This document shows, one piece after another, positions 7,790 to 16,362 of a stretch of DNA of 32,000 nucleotides. The stretch covers positions 1,080,001 through 1,112,000 of the forward strand of contig OY969938.1 of assembly GCA_963704755.1 (NCBI GenBank). The letters run 5' to 3'. Each line of letters starts with the position of its first letter. Position 1 is the first letter of the stretch. The position numbers and the translations under genes are program-made. The stretch comes from an uncultured Chloroflexia bacterium (GTDB taxonomy: Bacteria > Chloroflexota > Anaerolineae > Anaerolineales > Anaerolineaceae). The notes below the pieces were generated by a model. It saw only the letters and a list, made by a program, of their open reading frames with translations. It was not told where the DNA came from and made no database searches.

Positions 7790-8806
7790 ATGATTTACAT
7801 AGAGACGGGCTCAAGCTCTCCGCAGGTCAACCTGGCCTTTGAGGAGTATTTTCTCAAAACCAGGGCGCTGGGAGAGGACATCCTCATGCTCTGGCAGGAT
7901 GAACCGGCCGTCGTCGTTGGCCGGTTCCAGAACACGCTGGAAGAAATCGACCCGGATTATGTGCAAACCCATACCATCCCGGTGATTCGCCGCATCAGCG
8001 GCGGTGGAGCTGTGTATCACGACCCGGGCAACCTGTGTTTCAGTTTCATTTTCCAGGGCCTGCCTCCCCTGGCCATCGACCGGCCCAAGTTTGCCCGCCC
8101 CCTGGTCGAAGCCCTGGCACACATCGGCCTGAAGCCCGAACTAACCCCGCGCAGCGATATGTTGATCGACGGGAAGAAATTTTCGGGCAATGCCATGGCG
8201 CTGCACAAAGACCGCCTGCTTTATCACGGCACCTTGTTGTTCGATTCGGATCTGGATATCCTCCGGCGCGTGTTGCATGCACCGGCCGGGCAAGTCGAAT
8301 CGAAAGGGGTCAAATCAGTCCACGCCGGGGTAACCAACTTGCGGCCTTACCTGCCGGTAGAAATGGACCTGGAACATTTCAAAGCCGCTATGAAGAACCA
8401 GCTCTTGAGCGGCGGTCCCTGGAGCCCATACAGCCCGACCGCGGACGACCTGGCCGCCATCCGTGACCTGGTGGAAAGCAAGTACCTCTCTTGGGATTGG
8501 AATTTCGGCAATAATCCACACTGTATCGTCTCGCGCAGCGGCCATTACTCCGACGGGACCATCGAAATTCAATTCGAACTGGAAAAGGGACGGTTCAAAG
8601 ACTGTCATTTCAGCGCTGACCTGGCCGGAGCCAGCCAGATCGACGTGGTGGCCCGGAAGCTGAACGGCTTACGGTTCGAAGCCGGCGACATTCGCCTCGC
8701 CCTGGCCGGCCTGGAAGGCCCGGCGTACTTTGGGCCATTTCACAAAGAAGAGGTTATCCGCTGTTTATTGGGGGTTATCAATAATTCCGGAATTTCCTCC
8801 CTTTAG
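7790..8806 (+). CDS. lplA: Lipoate-protein ligase A
   Basis: GRFQN, RRISGGGAVYHDPGN and GKKFSGNA (lipoyl-AMP lysine region), plus a C-terminal accessory domain. 338 aa, the typical LplA length. Confidence 0.85.
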   Translation: MIYIETGSSSPQVNLAFEEYFLKTRALGEDILMLWQDEPAVVVGRFQNTLEEIDPDYVQTHTIPVIRRISGGGAVYHDPGNLCFSFIFQGLPPLAIDRPKFARPLVEALAHIGLKPELTPRSDMLIDGKKFSGNAMALHKDRLLYHGTLLFDSDLDILRRVLHAPAGQVESKGVKSVHAGVTNLRPYLPVEMDLEHFKAAMKNQLLSGGPWSPYSPTADDLAAIRDLVESKYLSWDWNFGNNPHCIVSRSGHYSDGTIEIQFELEKGRFKDCHFSADLAGASQIDVVARKLNGLRFEAGDIRLALAGLEGPAYFGPFHKEEVIRCLLGVINNSGISSL

Positions 8807-8810
8807 TCAT

Positions 8811-8839
8811 TTGACTATACATCCCCACTTTGCTAAAAT
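8811..8839 (+). promoter_or_regulatory. Candidate sigma-70-type promoter for the regulator/hydantoinase operon
   Basis: TTGACT (8811-8816), 17 nt, TAAAAT (8834-8839). It would imply a ~210-nt leader, so it is uncertain. Confidence 0.35.
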
Positions 8840-9055
8840 ACATCTGTAAAGCATGACTAAACCTTCGGGAAATATTGCTTTACAAGGCAATTATCTCGCC
8901 ACCCGGTTTGAGAGGTTCGCCAGTTTCACATTTTATTCAGCTCAAACCAGGTCTCTCTCACAACCCCCGAAATACACTAGACAACAATGGATTGGGCGGA
9001 AAGGAAATGAATTGGCCGTTTGATATGTCCGATATCTTCTTGTTTGGAGAATGTG

Positions 9056-9610
9056 ATGCAACCAGATAATTATGCAATGGGTCAAAGAATACGCAAACGG
9101 CGTGGGGATTTTTCGCTGAGTTTGCGTGATCTCGCCAAAAGAACCAGCTTGACCGCCTCGTTTCTGAGCCAAATCGAACGAGGTGTTATTTCGCCCTCAC
9201 TGAATTCGCTTCGCAAGATCTCCGAGGCGCTAGAAGTACCCTTGCTGTATTTCCTCTCCAACACGTCCGATCGCCCACCGGTGGTGCGGTCCAATTCACG
9301 GGGGCATATCGATCTCGAAGATTCGGCGGTGTTTTACCAGCTCCTCACCCCCGACATTTCGCACAAAATGGAGGCGGTTTTGGGTTCGCTGGAATTTTGT
9401 TCCGGCAATGTGGTCCGTTCGCTGTCCGTTCCGACCGAAGAGTTCGTCATGGTCCTCTCGGGTTCGTTAAAAGTGGTTTTGGAGAACGAGATCTACATCC
9501 TGGAGCCCGGCGACACCATCTATTTCGAAGGCGAACAATTGAGAGACCTTTCGTGCGCTTCGGAAGAAAAAGTAACCTGGGTTTCGGTTATTACGCCACC
9601 GGTGTTCTAA
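9056..9610 (+). CDS. XRE-family HTH + C-terminal cupin transcriptional regulator (PuuR-like architecture), paralogue 1
   Basis: HTH LSLRDLAKRTSLTASFLSQIERG. Cupin tail GDTIYFEGEQ...ITPPVF. I chose the ATG at 9056 (GGAGA 5 nt upstream) instead of the TTG at 9020. Confidence 0.85.
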   Translation: MQPDNYAMGQRIRKRRGDFSLSLRDLAKRTSLTASFLSQIERGVISPSLNSLRKISEALEVPLLYFLSNTSDRPPVVRSNSRGHIDLEDSAVFYQLLTPDISHKMEAVLGSLEFCSGNVVRSLSVPTEEFVMVLSGSLKVVLENEIYILEPGDTIYFEGEQLRDLSCASEEKVTWVSVITPPVF

Positions 9611-10993
9611 ATGAGCTACGATCTGGTCATCAAAGAAGGCACCCTGGTCACGAGCGACGGGGTTTACCAGGCCGACCTGGCCGTTCAGGGTGAGAAAATT
9701 GCCGCCGTCGGCAGCGGGCTGGCCGGCCGACAAGAGATTTCGGCCGCGGGTAAGCTGGTTCTGCCCGGCGGAGTGGACCCGCACGTCCACCTGGAAATGC
9801 CCACCGCGGTCACCGTCACCAGCGACGATTGGCAAACCGGCTCGAAGGCGGCCGCCTTTGGCGGCACCACCACCGTGATCGATTTTATCGAACCGGGCTA
9901 TGAACACCAGCCCCTGCTGGAAGCCTTCCAGGATTATTTGAACAAAGCCCAGGGCCGCTCGAGCATCGATTTCAGCTTCCACATGACGCTTTGCGATGCC
10001 AGGGCAGACACGCTCGAGCAGGTCCCAGGTGTGGTCGCGGCCGGCTTGCCCTCGTTCAAAGTGTATACCACCTATCCCGGCTTTCACCTGAGCGACGAAG
10101 AACTGCTGGCAGCTTTGCATGCCGCCGCCCAGGCCCACGCTCTGGTCCTGGTCCATTCCGAATCGGACGCCATCCTTCAATCCGAGGTGGATAAACTGCG
10201 CCAGGCCGGGCGCCTGGCCGTCAGCGATTTTCCCGGCAGCCGCCCCGCCCTGGCCGAAAAAGAAGCCATCCAGCGCGTCCTCACTTTAGCTGACTATGCG
10301 AAGTCCGCTGTTTATATTGTCCACGTTTCCACCGCCGCCGGCGCAGCAGCGATCCGGCAGGCTCGCCGGCAAGGCCAGGCCGCCTGGGGTGAAACCTGCC
10401 CCCAGTACCTGCTGCTGGACGAAAGCAAGTTGAAGACCGGCGGTTTCGAAGGCGCTAAATTCGTTTGCAGCCCGCCCCTGCGCCTGCCGCAGTACCAGCA
10501 GGCCCTGTGGACTGCCCTGCAAGAGAACGGTTTGCAAACGGTCGGCACCGATCACTGCGCCTTCAATTTCGTCGGCCAGAAAGACCTGGGAAAAGATTCT
10601 TTCCTGGACATTCCCTCGGGTTTACCGGGGATCGAGCTGCGGCTGGCCCTTTTGTACACCTACGGGGTCAAACCCGGCCGTATCGGCCTCGAACAGTGGG
10701 TCGAGCGCTGCTGTACGGCCCCTGCACGCCTTTTTGGCCTCTATCCGCGCAAAGGTGCCCTGGTTCCTGGGGCAGATGCGGATGTGGTCCTGTTCGATCC
10801 GCAGCGCTCCCAGCCGGTCAGCCGGGCGATCCTGCACGAAAACGTAGATTACACCCCTTACGAAGGGCTGCAACTAGCCGGCAAAGTGACCGATACATTT
10901 TTACGCGGCCAGCCGCTGGTGCGCGACGAGCGCTGGGTCGCCGGGCCGGCCGGCGGCGTTTTTCTGCCCGGCACACCCTTTCAAGCTGGATAA
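9611..10993 (+). CDS. Cyclic amidohydrolase: D-hydantoinase/dihydropyrimidinase (HyuA/Dht-like)
   Basis: GGVDPHVHL metal site, SFKVY (carboxylated Lys), VHSE, HVST and GTDHC. 460 aa. The start abuts the regulator stop (TAAATG). Confidence 0.9.
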   Translation: MSYDLVIKEGTLVTSDGVYQADLAVQGEKIAAVGSGLAGRQEISAAGKLVLPGGVDPHVHLEMPTAVTVTSDDWQTGSKAAAFGGTTTVIDFIEPGYEHQPLLEAFQDYLNKAQGRSSIDFSFHMTLCDARADTLEQVPGVVAAGLPSFKVYTTYPGFHLSDEELLAALHAAAQAHALVLVHSESDAILQSEVDKLRQAGRLAVSDFPGSRPALAEKEAIQRVLTLADYAKSAVYIVHVSTAAGAAAIRQARRQGQAAWGETCPQYLLLDESKLKTGGFEGAKFVCSPPLRLPQYQQALWTALQENGLQTVGTDHCAFNFVGQKDLGKDSFLDIPSGLPGIELRLALLYTYGVKPGRIGLEQWVERCCTAPARLFGLYPRKGALVPGADADVVLFDPQRSQPVSRAILHENVDYTPYEGLQLAGKVTDTFLRGQPLVRDERWVAGPAGGVFLPGTPFQAG

Positions 10994-11009
10994 ATTGATT
11001 TTTTCCCTA

Positions 11010-11074
11010 AAGAGTTCCGAATATGGGTACTTGCGCGAGCTTCGCTCGCGCAAGTACCCATATTCGGAACTCTT
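11010..11074. repeat. Perfect 31-bp-stem palindrome immediately downstream of the hydantoinase gene (terminator-like position)
   Basis: aagagttccgaatatgggtacttgcgcgagc (11010-11040) is the exact reverse complement of 11044-11074, with a 3-nt loop. Confidence 0.9.
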
Positions 11075-11335
11075 ATCCTTCAGGCCAGACAGTCACAATA
11101 AAAGAAACACAAAGGGTTTTACGTCAACCCACGGTTTACAACAAGAAGTTGCAGTGATAAAATGAATTGTCCATACACTTCATCGCAATTTGACTAAACC
11201 GGCGTGGCAGCCCTTTCAGGATAATTTCCCCATCCGCAGCAGACAACCCAGCCCATACAGATGCAGTTTTCGCTTGAGAACTGTCCGCTTTCAAAACCTG
11301 TGAGGGAATTCGAATCCGTTTAAGGAGTTTTATTG

Positions 11336-11911
11336 ATGAGCGATACTACATTGCCTGACGATGAGGTCTTGAGATTAGGCGCACATATTAAAGGCAAGCG
11401 CAACGATCTTGGCATGAGCCTGCGCGACCTGGCGGCCGCGACCGGCCTCAGCGCCACATTTCTGAGCAATCTCGAACGTGGAATTGCTAATCCTACCCTC
11501 GATTCGCTGCGGAAAGTATCCAACGCACTCAACACGCCCATTCTGTACATGGCCAATACCATCCGCGAAACCAGCCCGGTAGTGCACAAAGCCCAGCGCC
11601 GCCAGCTCAACCTGTCCGCCGGGCACCTGCGCTACGAAATTCTCACCCCTACCCTCAATAAAAAAATGGTACTGTTCGAGGCCAAGGTCTGTTCGGAGGA
11701 CGGGAATATCGTGGTTGGCCCGTTGGCCGAGCCCACCGAAGAATGCCTGGTCATGCTCTCCGGGCGGATCAGCGTGTGCCTGTCCGGCCAATCCTACGAA
11801 CTGGAAGCCGGCGACAGCATTTATTTCGAAGGCCGCAGCCTGGAAAGTATTACCGTCGTCGGGGACGGAGAAGCCACCTATATTTCTGCCATCACGCCGC
11901 CAGTGTTCTAG
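11336..11911 (+). CDS. XRE-family HTH + cupin transcriptional regulator, paralogue 2
   Basis: MSLRDLAAATGLSATFLSNLERG and GDSIYFEGRS...ITPPVF, collinear with the 9056-9610 protein. ATG at 11336, with AAGGAG 8 nt upstream. Confidence 0.85.
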   Translation: MSDTTLPDDEVLRLGAHIKGKRNDLGMSLRDLAAATGLSATFLSNLERGIANPTLDSLRKVSNALNTPILYMANTIRETSPVVHKAQRRQLNLSAGHLRYEILTPTLNKKMVLFEAKVCSEDGNIVVGPLAEPTEECLVMLSGRISVCLSGQSYELEAGDSIYFEGRSLESITVVGDGEATYISAITPPVF

Positions 11912-12185
11912 CCGGGTAATACACCTGTTCGTCTGCACTTTTCCCGATTTTTATCATCTATGCGTCCGCTGAAAAAATCAATCCTCGTAAGCGAGGAATG
12001 CTATGGGTGTGTATAGCGGTTTCGTCGCTTCATCCACTTATAGCCTCCTTCTTCCGGTATTGGAATTTTTCAGCAGACTCAGCTATACGAAGGAAAGCCG
12101 CCGGTTTGCAAATCTCGGGGCGACCACGCCCTGAACGGTTTGCGCGTTCAACTTTCTGATTCAACATCGTTTACGGAGGGTTTTT

Positions 12186-13379
12186 GTGCAAACATACGAC
12201 GTCATCGTAATTGGAGGGGGATTCCTGGGCGTTGCTACAGCTTACGAGCTCGCCAAAACCGGCACGCGCACCCTTCTGCTGGAGGCTGGCGACCTGGGCA
12301 GCGGCACATCCGGTTCCTGTTCCGGCCGGGCCCAGGTATGCGAAGGGCATCTGGACCCCCTGAACATCGCCCTGATCCGCGGCGGGCTTGAAAAACACGA
12401 AACCCTGCCAGAAGAATTAGGCTGCGATTACGAATGGCACCGCGCCAGCCTGCTCCTGTTATTACGCAGCGAGCGGCTGCGCCAACAGTGGCTGGAACGC
12501 TCGGTTTTTCTGACCGAAGCCGGCATCCCTACCGAGGTGATCGACCGCGACAGTTTGCAGAAAGCCGAACCGCACCTGGACACAAGTACCTTACTGGGTG
12601 CTGCACACGCCATTGAAGGCAAGCTGAACCCCCTCAAGTTCGTCCAGGCTTATGGCGGGGCTGCCACCCGCCTGGGGGCAGACCTGCGGCGTAACGCCGC
12701 CGTCACCGGCATGGAAGTCTCCAACGGCCGCATCACCAGCGTAAAGACGGCCACCGAGACGTTTTCGGCCGGCACGGTGGCCGTGATGGCCGGCGCCTGG
12801 GAACCGGTCATCACCCGCATGGCCGGTGTGGAAGTGCCCATCCGCCACACCCACGCCGAATCGTTCATCACCGAGCCGATCCCGCCCATGATTTTCAACA
12901 ACATCGACCTGGCCGACAGCTACGAGATTATTCACGGCAAGCTGAAGGCGGTCACCATCGGCATTCACCCCGAGCCGAACGGCAGCCTGTCCATCGCCGA
13001 ATCGGTCACCCGCACCACCGAGCTGCACCACCGGGTCAGCTCGTGGAGCATCGCGGCCATGGCCAAAGAAATGGTCAAACTGTACCCCTTCCTGGAAAAA
13101 GTGCGCGTCATCCGCAGTTGGGGCCGGCCAACCTCCTTCACCCCGGACGAAGAGCCCCTGGTCGGCTGGGTGCCGCAACTGGAGAACCTGTACGTGGCTA
13201 CCAGCCTGATGGAAACCATCACCGTCGTCCCGCTGCTGTGCGAATGGATGGCCATGATGATCCGCGGCCAGAAGCCGCCCATGGATCTGGATCTATTTGC
13301 CCCGGCTCGTTTCCCCGAAAATTATCCATTCCCCGAAGATTCCGCTCCGCAGGCCAGGACCATCGATCATGCGAATTAA
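12186..13379 (+). CDS. FAD-dependent oxidoreductase, DAO family (beta/catalytic subunit of an HcnC / OoxB / sarcosine-oxidase-beta-like enzyme)
   Basis: N-terminal YDVIVIGGGFLGVATAYELAK dinucleotide fold. ~397 aa. GTG start with GGAGGG upstream. Confidence 0.85.
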   Translation: MQTYDVIVIGGGFLGVATAYELAKTGTRTLLLEAGDLGSGTSGSCSGRAQVCEGHLDPLNIALIRGGLEKHETLPEELGCDYEWHRASLLLLLRSERLRQQWLERSVFLTEAGIPTEVIDRDSLQKAEPHLDTSTLLGAAHAIEGKLNPLKFVQAYGGAATRLGADLRRNAAVTGMEVSNGRITSVKTATETFSAGTVAVMAGAWEPVITRMAGVEVPIRHTHAESFITEPIPPMIFNNIDLADSYEIIHGKLKAVTIGIHPEPNGSLSIAESVTRTTELHHRVSSWSIAAMAKEMVKLYPFLEKVRVIRSWGRPTSFTPDEEPLVGWVPQLENLYVATSLMETITVVPLLCEWMAMMIRGQKPPMDLDLFAPARFPENYPFPEDSAPQARTIDHAN

Positions 13380-13674
13380 TCCCTCCAACTCACTCTTACC
13401 AGAAATTCAAAGGGGCAAAACCGTACAAATTACGGTAGACGGCCGGCCGGTAGAGGCTTTCGAAGGCGAGACTATCGCCGCCGTTCTGCTGGCCCTGGGC
13501 ATCTGGGCCTTCCGCCACAGCCCAAAGAACAAAGAAGAGCGTGGCATTTACTGCGGTATGGGTATTTGCTACGAATGCCTGGTGACCGTGGATGGCATCC
13601 ACGCCGTGCGGGCTTGCGTCACTCCCGTGGCGGACGGCATGCAGGTGGATACCTGCCAGGAGATGGCATTATGA
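13369..13674 (+). CDS. Small (2Fe-2S)-binding subunit (HcnA / Fer2_4-like)
   Basis: VDGRPVEAFEGETIAAVL...CGMGICYECLV...AC cysteine pattern. The ATG at 13369 overlaps the preceding gene by 11 nt. The longer ORF-track start at 13297 lies inside the preceding gene. Confidence 0.75.
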   Translation: MRINPSNSLLPEIQRGKTVQITVDGRPVEAFEGETIAAVLLALGIWAFRHSPKNKEERGIYCGMGICYECLVTVDGIHAVRACVTPVADGMQVDTCQEMAL

Positions 13675-15086
13675 GCGAAACCTGCCAACTCGCCGTCATT
13701 GGAGCCGGCCCGGCCGGCCTGGAAGCCGCCATTGCTGCCGCCGAAGCGGGCGTAGATACGATCCTCATCGACAGCGCTCTGCGGGCAGGCGGCCAATATT
13801 ACAAACCCCTGCCGGCCGCTTTCCGGCCCCTGCGCCAAACCGGGACGGAAAAGGAAGGCGAAAGCCTGGTCGCCCGGCTGGAACGTAGCGGCGCCAAACG
13901 GATCTACGACGCCCTCACCTGGGGGCTGTTCACCGAAGAAGATGGGAACGGCTACCGGCTGTGCCTGTCGGTGGCCGGCTCGCCCCGCCAGATCCACGCG
14001 GACCGGCTGGTCCTGGCCGGCGGCGCCTACGATACCCCCCTGGCTTTCCCGGGCTGGACCCTGCCGGGCGTATTAACCTGCGGCGCCGCCCTGAACCTGC
14101 TCAAGAACCAGCGCGTCGCGCCTTTCAAGCGGGTGCTGGTCAGCGGGACCGGGCCGCTCTCGCTCTCGGTCGCGGCCCACCTGGTCGCCGCCGGCGTCGA
14201 GGTTGCCTGCCTGTGCGAAGCCAACCACATTCCGTTGAGCGCAGCCGGCTATGGCCCGCAAATGTTAGGGCATGGACACCGCATCACCGAGGGCATTCAA
14301 TATGTCTCTACGCTCATCGGCGGGGGCACGCGCGTCCGCATGGGCTGGTCGGTCGTCGAAGCGCGCGGAAAAGAGCGCGTCGATCAGGCCGTCATCGCAA
14401 AGCTGGATAATTCCGGCGCTCCCATTCCCGGCAGCGAGCAGGTCCTTGCAGTAGATGCCGTCATCTGCGGCTTTGGGCTCACCCCCAACAACGGCATGGC
14501 CCGCATGCTTGGCTGTCAATTCGCAGTGGACCCCGCCAATGGAGAATGGGTTCCCCGGCGCGACGGCCGCATGCAGACCAGTTTACCGGGAGTGTACATG
14601 GCCGGCGATTGCGTCCAGATCAACGGCGCCGAGAACGCGCGCCTGGAAGGGCGCCTGGCCGGCACCGCGGCCGCCCTGGACTGCCAGCGCATCTCCCCCG
14701 CCCAGGCGGACCACACTTTCGCCCAGATCCAGCCGGCCTTGAGCCGCCAGCAGCGCTACGGGCGCATGCTGGCCAAACTGTTCCCGCTTAAAGCGGGCCT
14801 GCGCACCCTGGCTCACGACGAGACCTACGTCTGCCGCTGCGAAGAAGTGACCCAGGGCATGGTCAAAGCCGCCATCGCCGCCGGGGCAACCACGATCGGT
14901 GAGGTCAAGATGGTCACCCGGGTGGGAATGGGCAACTGCCAGGGCCGCATTTGCGAACAGACCATCGCCCGCATCATCGCTCAGGAACTTTCCAGCGATC
15001 CAGCTTCTGCCGGCATGTACACCATCCGCCCACCCCTGCACCCCCTGCCGATCGGCTTCTTCGCCAAAGATGAGCAGGAAATTTAA
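13671..15086 (+). CDS. FAD/NAD(P)-binding oxidoreductase subunit with a C-terminal BFD-like [2Fe-2S] domain (HcnB / OoxA-like alpha subunit)
   Basis: LAVIGAGPAGLEAA, a second Rossmann fold (VLVSGTGPLSL), GDC, and a C-terminal CRCEEVT...GNCQGRIC. ATGA overlap with the upstream stop. Confidence 0.85.
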   Translation: MSETCQLAVIGAGPAGLEAAIAAAEAGVDTILIDSALRAGGQYYKPLPAAFRPLRQTGTEKEGESLVARLERSGAKRIYDALTWGLFTEEDGNGYRLCLSVAGSPRQIHADRLVLAGGAYDTPLAFPGWTLPGVLTCGAALNLLKNQRVAPFKRVLVSGTGPLSLSVAAHLVAAGVEVACLCEANHIPLSAAGYGPQMLGHGHRITEGIQYVSTLIGGGTRVRMGWSVVEARGKERVDQAVIAKLDNSGAPIPGSEQVLAVDAVICGFGLTPNNGMARMLGCQFAVDPANGEWVPRRDGRMQTSLPGVYMAGDCVQINGAENARLEGRLAGTAAALDCQRISPAQADHTFAQIQPALSRQQRYGRMLAKLFPLKAGLRTLAHDETYVCRCEEVTQGMVKAAIAAGATTIGEVKMVTRVGMGNCQGRICEQTIARIIAQELSSDPASAGMYTIRPPLHPLPIGFFAKDEQEI

Positions 15087-15109
15087 CTACTCAGCCACCG
15101 CAAAAGAGT

Positions 15110-15164
15110 GGGGTGTTTTTATTGTTTCCGCGTCCTTCGCACGCGGAAACAATAAAAACACCCC
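15110..15164. repeat. Perfect 24-bp-stem palindrome downstream of the flavoenzyme operon, flanked by a 10-bp outer inverted repeat
   Basis: ggggtgtttttattgtttccgcgt (15110-15133) is the exact reverse complement of 15141-15164, with a 7-nt loop. The outer pair is aactactcag (15085-15094) / ctgagtagtt (15181-15190). Confidence 0.9.
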
Positions 15165-15258
15165 TAATTTCTGAACCAGCCTGAGTAGTTCCCAGGAAAC
15201 AGCGTACCGCCTGTCTGTACACCTATAGAATACTAAACACATTTGTGTAAATTGACAA

Positions 15259-15287
15259 TTGACAAAACAGTCATATTAGGGTAATAT
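15259..15287 (+). promoter_or_regulatory. Near-consensus sigma-70-type promoter
   Basis: TTGACA (15259-15264), 17 nt, TAATAT (15282-15287). A second TTGACA sits 7 nt upstream (15252-15257, the direct repeat attgacaattgaca). Confidence 0.55.
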
Positions 15288-15294
15288 ACACATG

Positions 15295-15536
15295 TATTCA
15301 CATCCTGATGTCCGCCAGGACGTCGGTAAAACCCCACAACGAACACCCTCTGGTCCCCTCATACCCAGAGCTGGGTCGTGGCCAGGCAATCGCCTGGCTG
15401 CGCCGAAATTATCCATAGTGTTTCCGCGAATTACACACAACGGGCACAGGATCTTTATTCGTATTTTACCGGTACGGGGTTTTACCGACAAACAGTACTT
15501 CTCATCCAACAATCCCAATGCAGGAGAATAGATTCC
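15295..15536 (+). promoter_or_regulatory. Long candidate 5' leader with a closing long-range helix (possible cis-regulatory RNA)
   Basis: gtcggtaaaacccc (15322-15335) is the perfect complement of ggggttttaccgac (15476-15489). An alternative partner, ttttaccg, lies at 15464-15471. Internal hairpins include gccagg-caatcg-cctggc and ctctgg...ccagag. ORFs here have no recognisable protein features. Confidence 0.3.
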
Positions 15537-16337
15537 ATGGAATACACCGGGTACCTTGATTTCTGGTTCACCGACCGGCCCATGGTCGAACGGATAGAGC
15601 CGATGGTAAAACTCGGCTTTCGCCATTTAGACGTGTGGTCCTGGCGCCAGCAGCCCATGGCCGAACTGGCCGCCGAATGCCGCCGCCTGGGCGCAGTGCT
15701 TAACTCCGTCTTCGATGACCACATGGGCAACCTGGCCGACCCGAACGATAACGAGCTGACTTTACGCACCTGGTCCGAGAGCCTGGAAATGGCTACCCGC
15801 TTTGGCGTCGAGCACCTCTTCCTGTTTTCCAACCAGGTGGACCTGATCGACGGGCATACCTGGACCCGGCGCCTTTCCTCCAATTTCACTGAAGCCGAGC
15901 AATACGCCAATACGCTCAAGCAGACCGAAAAGATCCTCAAGCTGGCCGAGCGAACCTCCGTCAAAGTTTGGATCGAAGCGCTGAATGAGTTTCACATCAA
16001 GGGCGGCGTGCTGGTTCACAACCACGAGATGGCCGCGGATTGGGTGCGCCGCATCGACCACCCGCAGTTGCGCATGGTCTTCGACTGCTATCACCAACAG
16101 CGCGGTTCCGGTGACCTGATCTGGGGCCTGGAACAATATGCCGGCCTGTACGAGGCCGTCCACATTGCCGACGTACCCACCCGCCAGGAGCCCGGCACGG
16201 GTGAAATCAACTTCACCAATATCCACAAAAAGCTGGTGGAATTGAACTACGACGGCTTTATCGGACTCGAATTCTACCCATCCACCAACGAAGCCGAAGC
16301 GCTGGAAACTGTAAAAAAGATCATGCCGCTCGGCTGA
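15537..16337 (+). CDS. Xylose-isomerase-like TIM-barrel protein, hydroxypyruvate isomerase (Hyi/OtnI) family
   Basis: The C-terminal block [13 protein letters not shown]...[19 protein letters not shown]...[11 protein letters not shown] matches the Hyi pattern (YDIYH...[15 protein letters not shown]...Y.GW.G.EY.P) as I recall it. ATG at 15537 after AGGAG. Confidence 0.8.
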   Translation: MEYTGYLDFWFTDRPMVERIEPMVKLGFRHLDVWSWRQQPMAELAAECRRLGAVLNSVFDDHMGNLADPNDNELTLRTWSESLEMATRFGVEHLFLFSNQVDLIDGHTWTRRLSSNFTEAEQYANTLKQTEKILKLAERTSVKVWIEALNEFHIKGGVLVHNHEMAADWVRRIDHPQLRMVFDCYHQQRGSGDLIWGLEQYAGLYEAVHIADVPTRQEPGTGEINFTNIHKKLVELNYDGFIGLEFYPSTNEAEALETVKKIMPLG

Positions 16338-16362
16338 GCCGGCCAGAAAAGGAAGAGCAGCC

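Noticed and set aside
11968-12074. A possible structured element upstream of the flavoenzyme operon. It consists of gctgaaaaa / tttttcagc (9 bp) enclosing small hairpins (cctcg-taag-cgagg, gctat...atagc).
   Set aside because: A 9-bp complement within a ~270-nt spacer is expected by chance at roughly the 10% level. The inner stems are only 5 bp. I recognise no known riboswitch consensus (the glycine riboswitch, for example, is absent). The evidence is too weak to report as a feature.
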